The notes under the pieces: generated by a model
Told to the model about the DNA's origin: nothing
Database searches by the model: none
What the model saw: the letters and a program-made list of their open reading frames with translations, nothing else
Translations under genes and position numbers: made by a program
Shown: one piece after another, positions 48,923 through 62,829 of the stretch
How positions within the stretch are numbered: position 1 is the first letter of the stretch
Layout: the number at the start of each line of letters is the position of its first letter
Source: Azolla caroliniana
Lineage: Eukaryota; Plantae; Polypodiophyta
DNA length: 64,000 bases
Assembly: GCA_043228905.1 (NCBI GenBank)
Contig: JBHGNT010000005.1
Span: forward strand, 9,176,001 to 9,240,000
Reading direction: 5' to 3'

Positions 48923-51900
48923 ATGATGATGATGTTCGAGCGGATGCTTCAAGAACAACGTGCAATGTCGGAGATAGCGGCGGCAGTAGAGTGGCTCGTG
49001 CAACAGATCGGGCAATTCAACGGAAAGGACGTATCACGCTATCTTCGGGACTACAAGGCGGAAATGATACGGTGCGAGATTTCAGAAGGACTGCAAGTGA
49101 CATCCTTCAACCAGGTAGCTACCGACGGGCTTCAAGCAAGTATCCACGGGCTAAGACAACAAAATCCGACGTGGGAAGCGTTTGAAGAGGCACTAAAGAC
49201 CACGTTCACTATCCAGGACTCCTCCAAGGCAACGCGGAGAGGATTCGAGGATTGGGTGGAAACACCGGACAAGGGGATGAAGCTCCTCGATGTGTTTTCG
49301 GCATTCGAAAGTCGGTTCGGGAGGTTGTCTGCGAGAGATCAAGCTATCCTCACACCAGACAAAGTTATCATGTTCTTACGAGCCGTAGACGTCCGGGACC
49401 GGAAGGATCTTGGAGTGCTTCTAGAGGACACGACTACCGAGAGTGGCCTCACCGAAACATGGGAAAGCGTGCGGGATATCGTCGTGCGATACACAAAGAG
49501 GGGGCAATGGCTTGCCAACGAAGACAAGAGGGTTTCAGAACCGATTCTGAAACCGAGATCCGGATCAGAAGACCATCAACCGCAGGCTTGGGAGACTAGG
49601 ACCGAGAAGGGAATCGACGCAACTACGGTGGAGCAGTTGCTAAAGGAGATGGAGAATCTGAAAATCGTGATGGTGAAGAAAACGGAAGACCGTCCTACAA
49701 GTTCAAAGTACATGAACCGTCGATGCATATGGTGTGATAGCACCGAACATGATCGGAGAGATTGCGACGAGCACAAGGAGGCGTTACGACATGATCTTAT
49801 CTACTACGAGGGAAATCGGATTCATTCGATGGATTCTCGGAAGCCACTCCGACCGAACTTCCGAAGAGGCGGCATGAAGAAGGTCCTAGAGGAGGAGATC
49901 GCGGCGAAAGACAATTATGCGACAACCGCGGGAATACGTGTGGGGGAGTCATCTGCAGCAAAGGTGTCTTTTTGGCCGAAAGTGTTAGAAATTTCGAAGA
50001 AAGCCGACCATGATGAAATCCAAAGCGCCGCAGAATGTATCCGGGAAGCTACGGTATGGGAGTGTCCCGTAGATAAGAATAGTGTACATGCGCTATGTCA
50101 ATTGCATGAAGTGTATGTGGATGAAAAACGACGGCGCACGGATGATGCGGTCGGACCATCAAAGACACCGGAAAGCTGGAACTCTGGAGGGAAGGCAAAA
50201 GAAAAGACGATTCCGGCATTCAAGCTTGCCTCGGACATTGAACAACAAACGGATGTGAAAAAGGTGTTCGAAGAGAGAATTCTCGATAGTCGGGTAGAAT
50301 TTTCGCTTCGGGAATTACTCAGAATAGCGAAGGAGTTCCACGATCTTCTTGTGGATCTCATGAAGAGAAAAAGACAAAGTACGGAGGAAAATGCGCCTAT
50401 GGTGAATGCAAATACCGTTCTGATGAATGACACCGAAGTGGAGGACGAGATTCCGAATTCCCACTATACAAAGCCACACTGGGCGTGTGCAACTACTGAG
50501 ACTCCGGTCTGAATCGACAACATCAAAGAGCCCGTGCTAGCATTGATTGATCATGGATCGGAGATCAATTTGATGTCTAAGGAGTTCTACCGAAAGGGGA
50601 AGTGGCCTATAAACACTAACCATGGATGGAAGATCCGGGCAGCCATTAAAGCAACGGAATGTCTATTTGCGGCTTGTCTGGATGTGAGGGTGAAGATCAG
50701 GGATGTTGAGATCGACCAAAATTTCTTTGTACAAGACGAGGTTTCACATTCCGTGATCCTCGGGCAACCATTTATCATGGCATCACGAATGGAGATGAAG
50801 GTGCTCGATAGAAAGCACGAATTCGGAGCCAAGGCGGAGGGAAATCCGTCCAATTCCTAACTGTGCCGGCAAATCATGAAAGGAACAAGAGAGAGCTCTT
50901 GTTCCAAACAAGGATGGATTTTTAGAGCGGATTGTTGCGGAGTGGGGAAGTGATAGTCCGAGAAGCCCTGATACCCCAAACAGGAAGAAAACTCTCGGAG
51001 CAAAACAAGTATGAATCGGTCCGGATGGGGCATCTACGTACATGGCCGTAACCAGAGGAATGAAGAAAGAATACCGAAAAGTAGAGGATAAGTTGCCGTC
51101 GGCATCAATAATAAAAGAAGACGAAGAAATCATGGGGGTGGTCGAGGAAGTGTCCTATGGGAACACGCTACAACGGCTTGAAGAGCTTGTGGAGGATAAA
51201 AGCCAAGGAGACCAGGTAGTCCCGGTGGAATCGGTGGAGATGTACGAGATCATTGCAAAAATGGGGCCGGATGCGCTTCGCAAAGAAGAAGCAATGGTAA
51301 GTACGAAATACAAGACAGTGGAGAAGAAAGTGAAACCGGCCACGGGACCATTACCAGCCGATAGAGAGCGAAGGAAGAAAGAAGTCTCAGGAGATCCGAC
51401 ACTTCGGAAGTCTGTGGATATCGGACATGCCTTCACGGATGAGACCCGGAAGAAAATTTGGATCGGTGGAGGTGGTTTCCTTTTACAAAATGAAGAAGAA
51501 CGATTCCGTGGGATGTTGGAACAACATGGGAAAGCATTTGCATTCACACCGAAGGAGATAGGGTGCGTTGATCCGAAGATAGTGGAGTCGATGGTGATCT
51601 TCACAATTGACCATGTGTCGTGGAACCTGAAGCCGATTCCGGTGCCGCGGGTGCATATTCCCAAAATCATCGACTTGCTCAAGGAGAAGGTGGCGATGGG
51701 GTTTCTAGAGTCATCAAACGCTCCATACTCAAATCGATGGTTTACGGTTCCGAAGAAGAATGGATCACTCCGATTTATCCACGACTTGCAACCAGTGAAC
51801 AAGGTCACGATCCGGAACTCCGAAGTCGGTCCGATAGTAGACGAATTTGCGGAAGCATTTGTCGGTCGTGTGATATACTCCATCGGAGACCTATACTCGG

Positions 51901-53744
51901 GGTATGACCAATTCCAACTAGCCGTGGAGAGCCGAGACATCACTACCATGCGGACACCGATAGGATTAGTCCGGATGTGTACGCTACCACAAGGCGCAAC
52001 GAACTCGGTCGCACATATGATGAATTCAATGAACACGGTGCTTCGAGACTGCATTCTGGAGATAACGATGTCGTTCCTAGATGACATTCCGATGAAAGGA
52101 TGCACAATAGAAGAAAAAGATGAAACTATGGATGATGTGGGATGCCAAAAGTTCGTAGTCGACCATATTCGTGATTGCGAGAAAGTGCTTCGGAAGTTAG
52201 AAGATGTGCACCTAACACTTTCCAGTGAAAAATCGGCATTCGGGCAAGAAGAAATATTGGTAGTTGGACATCTATGTGGGCCCTACGGCCGAAGACCGTC
52301 ACCAACCAAGATCGATGCGATTCAAGCTATGAAAGAAGTATGCGAGTCACAATCCGAAGTTTGAAGGTTTCTTGGAGCATGTGCATTCTATCACATATGG
52401 ATTCCGCACTATGCACATATTGCGGACCCACTTTATCACTTGTTGCGGAAGGGTAAGAAGTTCGAATGGAAACCGGAGCATACCAAAGCCATGAAGAAGC
52501 TCAAGAAATCACTACGGAGGGCAAAAGCACTAAAGAAGCCAAACTATGACTGAACATCATAGTAACGGTTGACACAAGTCCAACCGGAATCGGATGGGTC
52601 ATCAATCAAGCTGACTCGGATGGTTCGCGATATCCGATCCGATTCGGAGCAAAGGTTCTCAACGAAAGGCAACGCGGATATGCACAAGTCAAAAGAGAAT
52701 TATGGGGAGTCATGTCGGCAATCAAATCGGATCGAGATTATTTGATCGGAGCCGAAGTAGTGATCGAAACGGATTGTCTTCCGATACTCGGGATGATGCG
52801 GTGTGACACAATACCGGATGTGGCTATGCTAAGGTGGATTGCATATGTTAAGTCACTTAATCTGGAGGTACGACACATCTCCGGAAAAGACAACACGGTA
52901 GCGGATATGCTATCAAGGGCACGGTTCGGAGATGACATAACCGAATCCGATAATGAAGAAGTTTCCGAAGTCTACTTTGCTTTGGAGCACATATGTCGGG
53001 TGAACGTAATCCAAGAATTCAGGGAAGAAGAATACGAGGGAGAAAGCTTGTTGATCGGGAAAATGCTACAAGAAATAGAGGAATCATCGAACAATAAAGA
53101 GAAGAGAGCTGAGATCCGAAGGAAGAAGAGGCAAGTCCAAAAGTTCTTCTTGAAAAATGGATTAATATGGAGGGAGCCGGGAAGAACTACTAGCGGTCCG
53201 GATACGACAACTAGAGGGAAGACCGGAAGACATAGCAGAAGCAATACGCCGAGAACAAGAAGCACGATTCCGGAATAAAAGCCAGTTCAACACAAAGCAC
53301 CGACTACGACCACGGAAGATTGAAGAAGGAGATTGGGTGATTGTCTACGACAATAGTTTGGATCATCAACATACAACTATGCGGAAGTTCGCGAAAAGGT
53401 GGTTCGGGCCATACGAGGTTCAGAAAGTTTTCGACAACGGAACTTACCAACTATGCGAGTTGGATGCAACAGTACTACGAGTGCCTATAGCGAGGAAGCG
53501 GGTGAAGATTTTCAAGAAGCAAACTGACAAAGAACCTTATGTAAGCTTAGACAAGACCGACAACGAGGAGCAATCGGACAAAGATTGCGGTGATGCAGAA
53601 AGTGAAGAAAGTGGTCTTCAATTGATAATCAACATACGGGAAGAATCGGAGAGTGCTACGGATGAAGAGGAACAACGAGCATCGGGAACTTCGGCACATA
53701 CCGGAGGATGTGCGGGTTTGGAGGGGGCGAGTGTCGTAGTGTAA
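48923..53744 (+). pseudogene. gag-pol: gag-pol of element D
   Basis: CIWCDSTEHDRRDC; protease IDHGSEINL; RT GDLYSGYDQ, LPQGATNS, FLDD; RH VDTSPTGIG, IETDCLP, ADMLSR; jumps at ~53180 to the IN C-terminus (WFGPY). Confidence 0.9.
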
Positions 53745-54035
53745 TTCGCACACTACGTGAAAATTACATTTTTGTCCCTCCGGATGGAGCCGGATAAAGA
53801 AGGCCTTTCGGTAAGGACCGAAACCGGTAAGGGGACCCGGCAAGAGCCGGATGAAGAAGGCCGGTGAGACCAGATGAAGAGACATATTTGTAAATAGCAG
53901 AAAGTATAAAAATATATATTACATGCATAGGGCAAGATTCAAACCTTGTACCTCCATGTTAATAATGTTAAGCATTACCACTATACTAACATATTATGAA
54001 TTTTAAAGTTATAAACTAAACTTTATCCCATGTAC

Positions 54036-57000
54036 TGTCATGAACACATGACCATTATGGCGTCACCCGGACTTGAACCTCGAACCTTGTAATTCATACT
54101 TGAAAACCTCAACCATTAAGATAGCTTATTGTTATATGAAACAATAAAAGCTACTTCTTGTATTACATTGATTATTGTAAAAACTCTAGATTATTCTAGA
54201 ATGTTCTAGAATGTCCTAGAGCATTCTAGGTCTAGAACATTCTAGAACATTCTAGAAATCTCTAAGCTATTCTATAGGAACCTATCAATAAGCGCATACA
54301 TGTATTCTCAAATCAATTCGAATCAACACCAGTCTTTAGCTCTCATTACATATCTTGTATCCATTCTCTTTCTTTCTCTTTCTTTCTCTATCTTATACAT
54401 CCATTCTTCTCTATCCTTCTTCCATCACTCTATCTTTTATCCTTGGTTCTGACAGTTTGATTCGAATTCTCTCACTCTCTCTCTCTCTCTTATCCTCCTT
54501 TGTAACCATCCTGAAACCATGGCTGCCATTAACTCAGAAGAATATCTCACCCTTGTTGCAGAAATGGAGAACCTTAAATCCAAGTTCGCATCTCTTGAAG
54601 TAGAGAATCAACGTCTACTTGGGGATCTACAAAAGGTTACTATAGAGAAGCAACAACAATAAGAGGAGTTCACGCGACGAGTGCAACAGTTAGAGTCGAC
54701 AATCGTCGTGTTACAACAACAAAGGGTTGAAGGTCAGGGACTTATCAAGGAGCCCAAAATTAGCCTCCCAGCTAAATTTGATGGATCAAGGGCGCATTTC
54801 CGAGGTTTTTTGAATCAAGTACGGTTGGTGATTCAAATGCATCCCGCACGTTATCCAACAGATGCATCACGAGTCGGGCTAGTGGGCACTTTATTGACTG
54901 GCATAGCGTTGTCGTGGTTTGCTCCATTGCTAGAGACCAATTCTCCTCTACTGAATAATTTCGAGGAATTTATCAAGGAATTTAAGGCTTGTTTCGGAGA
55001 TACTGATGGGGCGAGAACAGCTATCAACAAGATTCGTACACTTTGTCAAGGTGATCAACCAGCTTCAACATATGCTGCCAATTTCCGTCTCATCGCAAGC
55101 GATATTCCTTGGGATGAACAAGCCCTAATGGAGCAATTCCGTTCAGGCCTTCGTAGTGATGTCAAAGACTTACTTCTTACCTTCCCCGAGGATCCAAGGT
55201 CACTTACAGAAGCTATTAGTCGAGCAATACGGTGTGATAATCGCCTTTTTGAGCGTCGATGTGAGCGACAACAACAAATAACAAGATCTAGATTCACACC
55301 AACTTATGCATCAGTAACGGCGCAATCATCCCCAAGGCAAATGTATAGCCCTGCTCCAACTCCAAGGCAAACACGTAGTCCAATCCCAATGGATAGTCCT
55401 ACACCCATGGAGATCGATATGACTCAACGACGAGGACCGTTGTCAAACGAAGAGAAGCAACGTCGTCGAGCAAACCATCTGTGCTTATATTGTGGAGGTC
55501 CAGGACATATAGCCATTCATTGCTCCCGTAGGCCGAGACGTCAGGTAAATCAAATTCACTATGACAATAAAAATGAGTCCAACATTTTAGAAGTAGTTAG
55601 TGAATCTAATATTATGAATAATCCACCCTTGTCCAATAAATTTGAAGTCCTAAGCCAATTAGAAGAGGAGTCAAACGAATAAGTCCGGCCAAAATAGGAG
55701 CCATTTGGTTGGACAACCCTAGATATGTACAACCTAGTGTGGGTTCCATTTCTTCCAAGCATGTTAGTAGAGTCTTCTCAGCCCTAGTACAAGTTAGGAC
55801 ACCCAGTTATCAACTTCAAGTCCAAGCCCTCTTAGATACTGGAGCCAATTCTTGTTTCATGGATAGAGATTTTGCCCAAAAACACCAAATATCCTTGCAT
55901 ACACTTCCTTGTCCAGTTTCCGTAGTAGTGATTGATGGACGCCCCATAGCTTCCGGGAAGATATTTGAAGAGTCTGAGCCAATACACATACTCTTGGGTG
56001 ATTTAGGATGTGTAGTTTCCTTTAACATAATCCGTAGTCTTGAGCATCCAATTGTCCTCGGTTTGCCATGGTTCGAGCTACATAACCCTAGAATCGATTG
56101 GAGGAAGCGAGAAATTAGGTGCCCTTTAGCAGAAAATATCATTGTCAAGGATCGAACTCGGGATTATCCTCCCAAAGTATATAGTTCTACCGATGCACCA
56201 TATCCTTCTCATCAAATTTCAGCCATCACATTGCAACAATTGCACCAAGTGGGAGGCAAGGAGGACCTTTTCTTATTTGCAGTATCAGTGACACCTTCTA
56301 GTGTCACTCAAGGGAATTCAGACATCCAAATTCCCAAAAAATATCAAGACTATGCTGATGTTTTCGACAAAGTCAAAGCTAGTGTTCTTCCAAAGCATCG
56401 GCCGTACGACTGTCCTATTGATCTCCAACCAGGAAAAGAGCCTCCGTGGGGTCCAATTTACAATTTATCACCCACTGAGCTTGAGGTTCTTCGAGAATAC
56501 ATCGAGGAAAATCTTGCACATGGGTTTATTCGACATTCAAAGTCTCCAGCTGGTGCTCCTATCATTTTTGTGAAGAAAAAGGACGGCTCCCTTCGTTTGG
56601 TCGTGGACTATCGAGGCTTAAATAAAGTCACCATAAGGAATAGGTATGCTTTACCTTTAATCTCCAATCTCTTAGAACGCATTGGTGGGGCAAAGCATTT
56701 TACCAAAATTGATCTAAGGGGTGCATATAATCTTGTTCGAATTCGGCCGGGAGATGAGTGGAAAACAGCATTTCGTACTCGGTATGGTCATTTCGAGTAT
56801 ACAGTCATGCCTTTCGGGCTCACAAATGCACCTGCCGTATTCCAACATATGGCAAATGACATCTTCCGGGATTTCTTGGATATTTTTCTAATCATCTACC
56901 TAGATGATCTATTGATTGACTCTAAAACACAGGGGGAGCATGATATACATGTGCGGCAAGTACTTGAACGCCTAAGGAAGTATGGTCTTTACGCCAAACT

Positions 57001-59731
57001 TGAGAAATGCAGTTTTGATTGCAAACAAGTCGAATTTTTGGGATACACTATTTCATCCCAGGGTGTTTTCATGGACCCGGCAAAAGTCCAAACAATATTG
57101 GAATGGAAACCCCCATGCTCAGTTCGGGATGTCTAGTGTTTCCTCGGATTTGCGAACTTCTATCGCAAATTCATACATAATTATTCAAGCATTGTGTTGC
57201 CCCTTACTCAACTCACCAAGAAAAATCAAGCATTTTTTTGGAGTATCGAAGCGGACAAGGCTTTTACGCAGCTAAAAGAGGCATTCACATCAGCACCCAT
57301 CCTAGCACATATTGATCCTGAAAAGCCATTTACTATTGAGGCGGATGCATCAGACTTTGCATTGGGGAGTATCCTATCACAACCAGGCGAGGACGGGCAG
57401 ATACATCCAGTCGCATTTCACTCGAGAAAGTTTACTGTTTCGGAGATCAACTATGAGGTGCATGACAAGGAGTTACTAGCTGTGGTCGACTCATTCGAGC
57501 AATGGCGTCATTTTCTAGAAGGATCACCTCATCAGATTATCATTTATAGTGATCACAAAAATCTCACATATTTTCAAACAGCTCGAGTATTAAATAGATG
57601 ACAAGCTCGGTGGGCCCAATTTCTAACGCGTTTCGATTTCAAGATCATTTTTCGCCCCGGAAAACAACAAGGGAAAGCAGATGCTCTGTCTCGGCGTTCG
57701 TATCTAGCACTTCGACCTGGAGATCCGGCCTTTGACAATCAAAAGCAAACTCTCCTCGGGCCATCAAAGCTACAGGTAACAACAATTTATGCCACACCAC
57801 TTGATTCTACCCTTCTTGACACTATTCGGCAACAACTTCATTCGGATGATTTTGCTAAGGATGTCTTAGCCCACTGTGGTTCAAGTCGTCCATCTTGCTC
57901 CACATTGCCAGGGTCATCTCAACATTATCAGGACTTCAAGTGGCAAGATGGTTTACTCTTCTACAAGAATCTCCTTTACGTCCCTGACGGATCACCCCGA
58001 CTTCAAGTGTTGGAACATTGTCATGATGCCCCCATGGCTGGACATTTTGGTATTTCCAAGACCATTGAGCTGGTGAAACGTTCGTTTTGGTGGCCTCACT
58101 TGCAAAAATTTGTCGAAGATTATGTTCGCACTTGTGACACCTGCTGTCGCGCCAAAATACCCCGGCATCACCCTTATGGCTTACTACAACCATTACCCCC
58201 TCCCAACAAGCCATGGCAGTCTATTTCTATGGATTTCATTACGGATCTGCCACCTTCCAAAGGCTTTGATACTATTTTAACAGTAGTGGATCGGTTCACC
58301 AAGATGGCACATTTTGTACCATGTGTAAAGACCATCAATAGTGAAGAAACTGCAGATCTCATTATGCGTGAAGTGTTTCGCCATCATGGTCTCCCGAATG
58401 ATATTATTAGCGATCGAGGTCCTCAATTTATCTCACACTTTTGGAAGCACCTATGGGCAGGCCTCAAAATCTCTTGCAAACTCTCTTCGGCTTATCATCC
58501 ACAAACTGACGGACAAACAGAGCGCACAAATCAGACGCTCGAGCAATATCTTCGATGTTTCATTAGTTATCAACAAGATGATTGGAGTAAAATTTTACAT
58601 CTTGCTGAGTTTGCATACAACAACACGATCCACTCTTCTACCAAAGTTACACCTTTCTTTCCCTACACCGGCAACCACCCTCGATGGTGTATACTGGATC
58701 TTCCCGAGGTGTCACGAAACCCTAGTGCGGCGCATCACCTCCACCGACTACAACAAATCCAGTTCGAGTTATCGTCACATCTTCAAAAAGCGCAAGCACA
58801 CCATAAGACCAATGCCGATCGACATCGTCTTAAGTCTCCGTTTAAGGTTGGTGACCATGTCTGGTTGCTTCGTCGTCACATCAAGACTACCCGACCGTGT
58901 GCTAAGCTTGACTATCAACGATTAGGTCCTTTTGTCATCACGGCGCAGATTAATGATGCAACATTTCGTCTTAACCTTCCTGCACATATGCAGCTTCACC
59001 CTGTCTTTCATAGCTCTCTTTTGGAACCTTGCCACACCTCTTTAATTCCTGATCGTGTCGTGCCACCACCGCCTTCTGTACAACTTGTGGATGGCCCCGA
59101 ATACGAGGTAGCTGCTATTCTCGATTCTAATATTGTGCGCAATAAGCTTTATTATCTAGTTGATTGGCTTGGTTATCCTCCGAGTGATCGCACTTGGGAA
59201 CCCATCGATAACGTTTGTAATGCTGAAGCTCTGGTCAACGACTTCCATCATCACTATCCAAACAAGCCCGGCCCAACAATGTTAACGCCGACTTCCACTC
59301 GGCGTTCTCGAAGGAGGGATAGTGTCATGAACACATGACCATTATGGCGTCACCCGGACTTGAACCTCGAACCTTGTAATTCATACTTGAAAACCTCAAC
59401 CATTAAGATAGCTTATTGTTATATGAAACAATAAAAGCTACTTCTTGTATTACATTGATTATTGTAAAAACTCTAGATTATTCTAGAATGTTCTAGAATG
59501 TCCTAGAGCATTCTAGGTCTAGAACATTCTAGAACATTCTAGAAATCTCTAAGCTATTCTATAGGAACCTATAAATAAGCGCATACATGTATTCTCAAAT
59601 CAATTCGAATCAACACCAGTCTTTAGCTCTCATTACATATCTTGTATCCATTCTCTTTCTTTCTCTATCTTATACATCCATTCTTCTCTATCCTTCTTCC
59701 ATCACTCTATCTTTTATCCTTGGTTCTGACA
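54036..59731 (+). mobile_element. Tcn1-like chromovirus 2, inserted in the 3' LTR of D
   Basis: LTRs 54036-54454 and 59323-59731 (10-bp indel); 5-bp TSD TGTAC; PPT gaaggagggatag. Confidence 0.97.
54519..59338 (+). pseudogene. gag-pol: gag (54519-55682) and -1-frame pol with chromodomain
   Basis: Homologous to 37301-42063; premature stops near 54660, 57134 and 57599. Confidence 0.93.
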
Positions 59732-61943
59732 TGTACACATTCTAGATATGCATGGTACAAAAAGTTATTCATGCATACACACTCGAGTTAAAAAGAAAAA
59801 AAGATGGGATAGAAAGCTAATTATGCACATGCAGTGTGCATTAAAACTAAAGTTAGGAAAAGCATGATGCTTGCATGGTATAAACTTAGACTCTTCCAAC
59901 ACTATATAAGGAAGAGAAGAAGATGTATAGTGGTTGTTGATTATTTTACAAGGGTTCATTAATATAATATATTCGTGGGATTCACGAATTTGCTAACTAT
60001 TTTTCTCTCTTAATCTGAGTACTCACTAATATACTATACTCGTGGGATTCACAAGTTTTTCATATCTTTCTTTCTTACAACATATTTCATATTCTTCATT
60101 GCCTTCGAATTTTCTTTTCTCCTAGTCCAAAACCTCAGTGGTTCCCACCCGACTCACGCAAACGATCCGGCACCGAAAGGCACAACAACGTGGAAAACCT
60201 TAAGAGGGAAAAACCACGGGCGCCCACAGACTCCAAACTAGCACTATGTCAAAAGAATACAACAGGGGGGGCACAGAGGCAACGACCTCATGCTCAGTTC
60301 ACTCTCTTCCCTGGCAGCGGTTACAACAAAGAATCGCTCTGTATCTCTCTCTCTCTCTCTCTCTCTCTATACAACAGTTACGACAACAACACAGAGAATA
60401 ACCAACGTACATAAGTGTTTGCCCTAGGTCATATTTATGCTAATATGACATTAGGACTATTTACAAATATAGCCCCAATGGGCTCTCAGAAACATATTTA
60501 GCTATATGTCCCTTCATCCGGTGAGAGGTTCTCATCGGGCCTGCATCATCCGGTTCTCACCGGGTCTTCCTTGCCAGGTACTCATATCCCATCCGGAGGA
60601 ACCGAAATCCTAACATGGGCTCCAGGTCTACCATCTTTCATGTGGACGCAATTAGAGAGACCTTTGGTGACGAAGCAAATCGACAGTACAACATGACATT
60701 ATTAGAGCAGAGTTCAATTTGCCCCCGATGTTAGTAGAAGCACTTTTCCAAGTGGTAGTTTTTATTCATTAAAAACATAGCCAACCACAAGATAAGATAT
60801 CCTGTCAAGCTTTTGAGGCATCCCGATCCCTATATGCATCCGGAGACACTAGCTCTTGGTATAGCACCATAGTGTGTTGGTTACTTGCAAATGGTATAGA
60901 CATTAATAACCTACCTCCCCTTAAGTGCAACCATTGGACTGATCAAACTCATGAAGACTGTAATAAAGTAATACACCAAGAAATATGGTAAATTTACACC
61001 CGATATAAATAGATCACCCTACGAGAGTCGCTCCCATCTAAAATGGTGTACTATAAGGAACACTTCTTGCACTACTCTAAGTTAGGTTTTATTACATGAC
61101 CAAAATATCTAGATACATTCTTATCAAATGCACTAAGGGTGACCATTGGACAACTTAAGATATCATCTCACCAACTTGAGATTGAGAATGGTCATGCTAA
61201 TAGAGTCCCTAGAGAGGAAAGGCTATGTAGGTTATGTCACATAGAGACAAAGGATGAGTATCACTTTACATGCAAGTGTCCAACTTATACCGAGATAAGG
61301 GTGAAATACCAAGACATACTAGGACCCTCTCCCACCCTCTCCAAACTATTAGATACCCCAGATATAAAGAGACTAGGTAGGTATATCTTAGAGCTAAAAC
61401 AACATAGGGAGAATAAATTACAAAGTGTTAACCATACCCCTTTTAATATTCAACAACATGTAACTAGTGTAATTTTTCAAGAACAAGGGGAGACAATGAA
61501 TGTGGACACATCTACACCACTCGGCCTCTTTCTTGATGAAGTAGAAATGCAATGAACAACCAAATGCCCTCAGATGTTGGGCGTCAAAGTTCCTCGACGT
61601 GGAGTAGAAACAATTAAGAAGATAAGGGAGTGTGAGCTACGCCGCCTAAAAACTATGGTTGGGATACCTTTTACATTGGGACCACGGGCCACATCCACAT
61701 CGAAACCCTTTGACCTCCTACTTCTTTTCGAGAGACTTGGATAGAAATGAAACTAGGCCTCATATAAAGCCATTTCCTTACAGAACATGTTTTTTACTGA
61801 AACTGTTTAGCTTAAGCTCTATTTTTTCTTTTTTCTTTTTTCTTTTTTCTTTTTTCTTTTTTCTTTTTCCGATGAACAAGTAAATACCCCATTTTTGTTG
61901 TAAACCAATTGTCTCATGGGCCAATTTTGGTCTTAGAAGACGT

Positions 61944-61984
<41 letters not shown>

Positions 61985-62829
61985 CAACAAGATGAGTGAA
62001 CAACTAGACACGGTTTTTAAAGGAGTGAACCATTGTCCCATCATCTAAGGAGTGAACCATTGTCCCATTATCTCTTACGTACATCATTAACATTCATAGA
62101 TTAGGCAAATCATTGCTTCACTATACAATAAGACGGAGTTTTAAAACATTTTGATATGATGAGAAGCTAAGAACAAATTATAAGGGGAGAAAAAAGTAGT
62201 TCATCAAAACTAGGGAAATATATGTGCACATATCCAATGAACTTGTATCCCCAATTAGTCTCCTTCACAGCTCAAAATTAATTAGATACAAGGTCATCTA
62301 TGGATTATAAACATTGTGCGCATTCATATGAAATACGCTAAAAATCAATCTAGTGTTCGAGAAAAGGTGTACAAATAATAGCATTATTATGCTGAATGCA
62401 TTAAATAGAGGGATTGTGGATCGAACCACATAATAGCATCATCTGTTGATCAAACTTCAAACACTACAAACAATATTGTGCATCCTTACTAAGCATATCG
62501 GGCATACATTATTCTTTCTTTTCTTTTTAACTAGAGGCAATCTCTCATATTCTAACACCATGAATGTCCGAACAGGCACATTACAAATAAAAGTTGAATT
62601 GATCATTCCTCACAAACAAGTTAGATTAGGTGAAACACAGCATTGTTTTTAATGCCATAATCAAGAATGAGATACCAACTCAATGAGCCAAATATCAGCT
62701 CAAATTCCGATCCAAAATTTTCTCCTCTCTAGCTCTCTTCTTACATTTTCAATGAAGCCTTGTATAGAGAGTCCCATAAACCCACCTCCCCCTTTCAATG
62801 AAGCCGTGTTTTATTTGGTATAGAGGTCA

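Larger units (their letters stand above)
48105..60187 (+). mobile_element. Element D: Ty3/gypsy, tRNA-Trp PBS, DUF4100-like gag, integrase core deleted
   Basis: LTRs 48105-48857 and 53732-60187 (the latter split by chromovirus 2). 4-bp TSD ACGT. PBS TGGTGAACCCGACGTGAA at 48862-48879. PPT ggagggggcgag. Confidence 0.95.
48004..60615 (-). repeat. Solo LTR (~525 bp net) interrupted by element D
   Basis: TG...CA ends (TGACGCG / CCTAACA); 5-bp TSD TGGGC at 47999-48003 and 60616-60620. Orientation inferred from a TATA-like site on the minus strand. Confidence 0.8.
46600..61980 (+). mobile_element. Second RTE/RTE-X-like LINE (5'-truncated), split by nested LTR insertions at 48004-60615
   Basis: PIHKRGD..YRTI, GVKQGCPLSP, LLYADDIVL, YVYLG. 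YASIVWA|PGLP continues after 60620. SSHQLEIENG..RLCRLC..DEYHFTCKC; (TC)n tail at 61947-61980. Confidence 0.88.

Noticed and set aside
51155-52105. 316-aa antisense ORF (and similar antisense ORFs over other pol genes)
   Set aside because: No motifs; explained as a shadow of the RT codon pattern.
62019-62072. 27-bp direct repeat AAGGAGTGAACCATTGTCCCAT.ATCT x2
   Set aside because: Two copies only, with no associated structure; likely local slippage.
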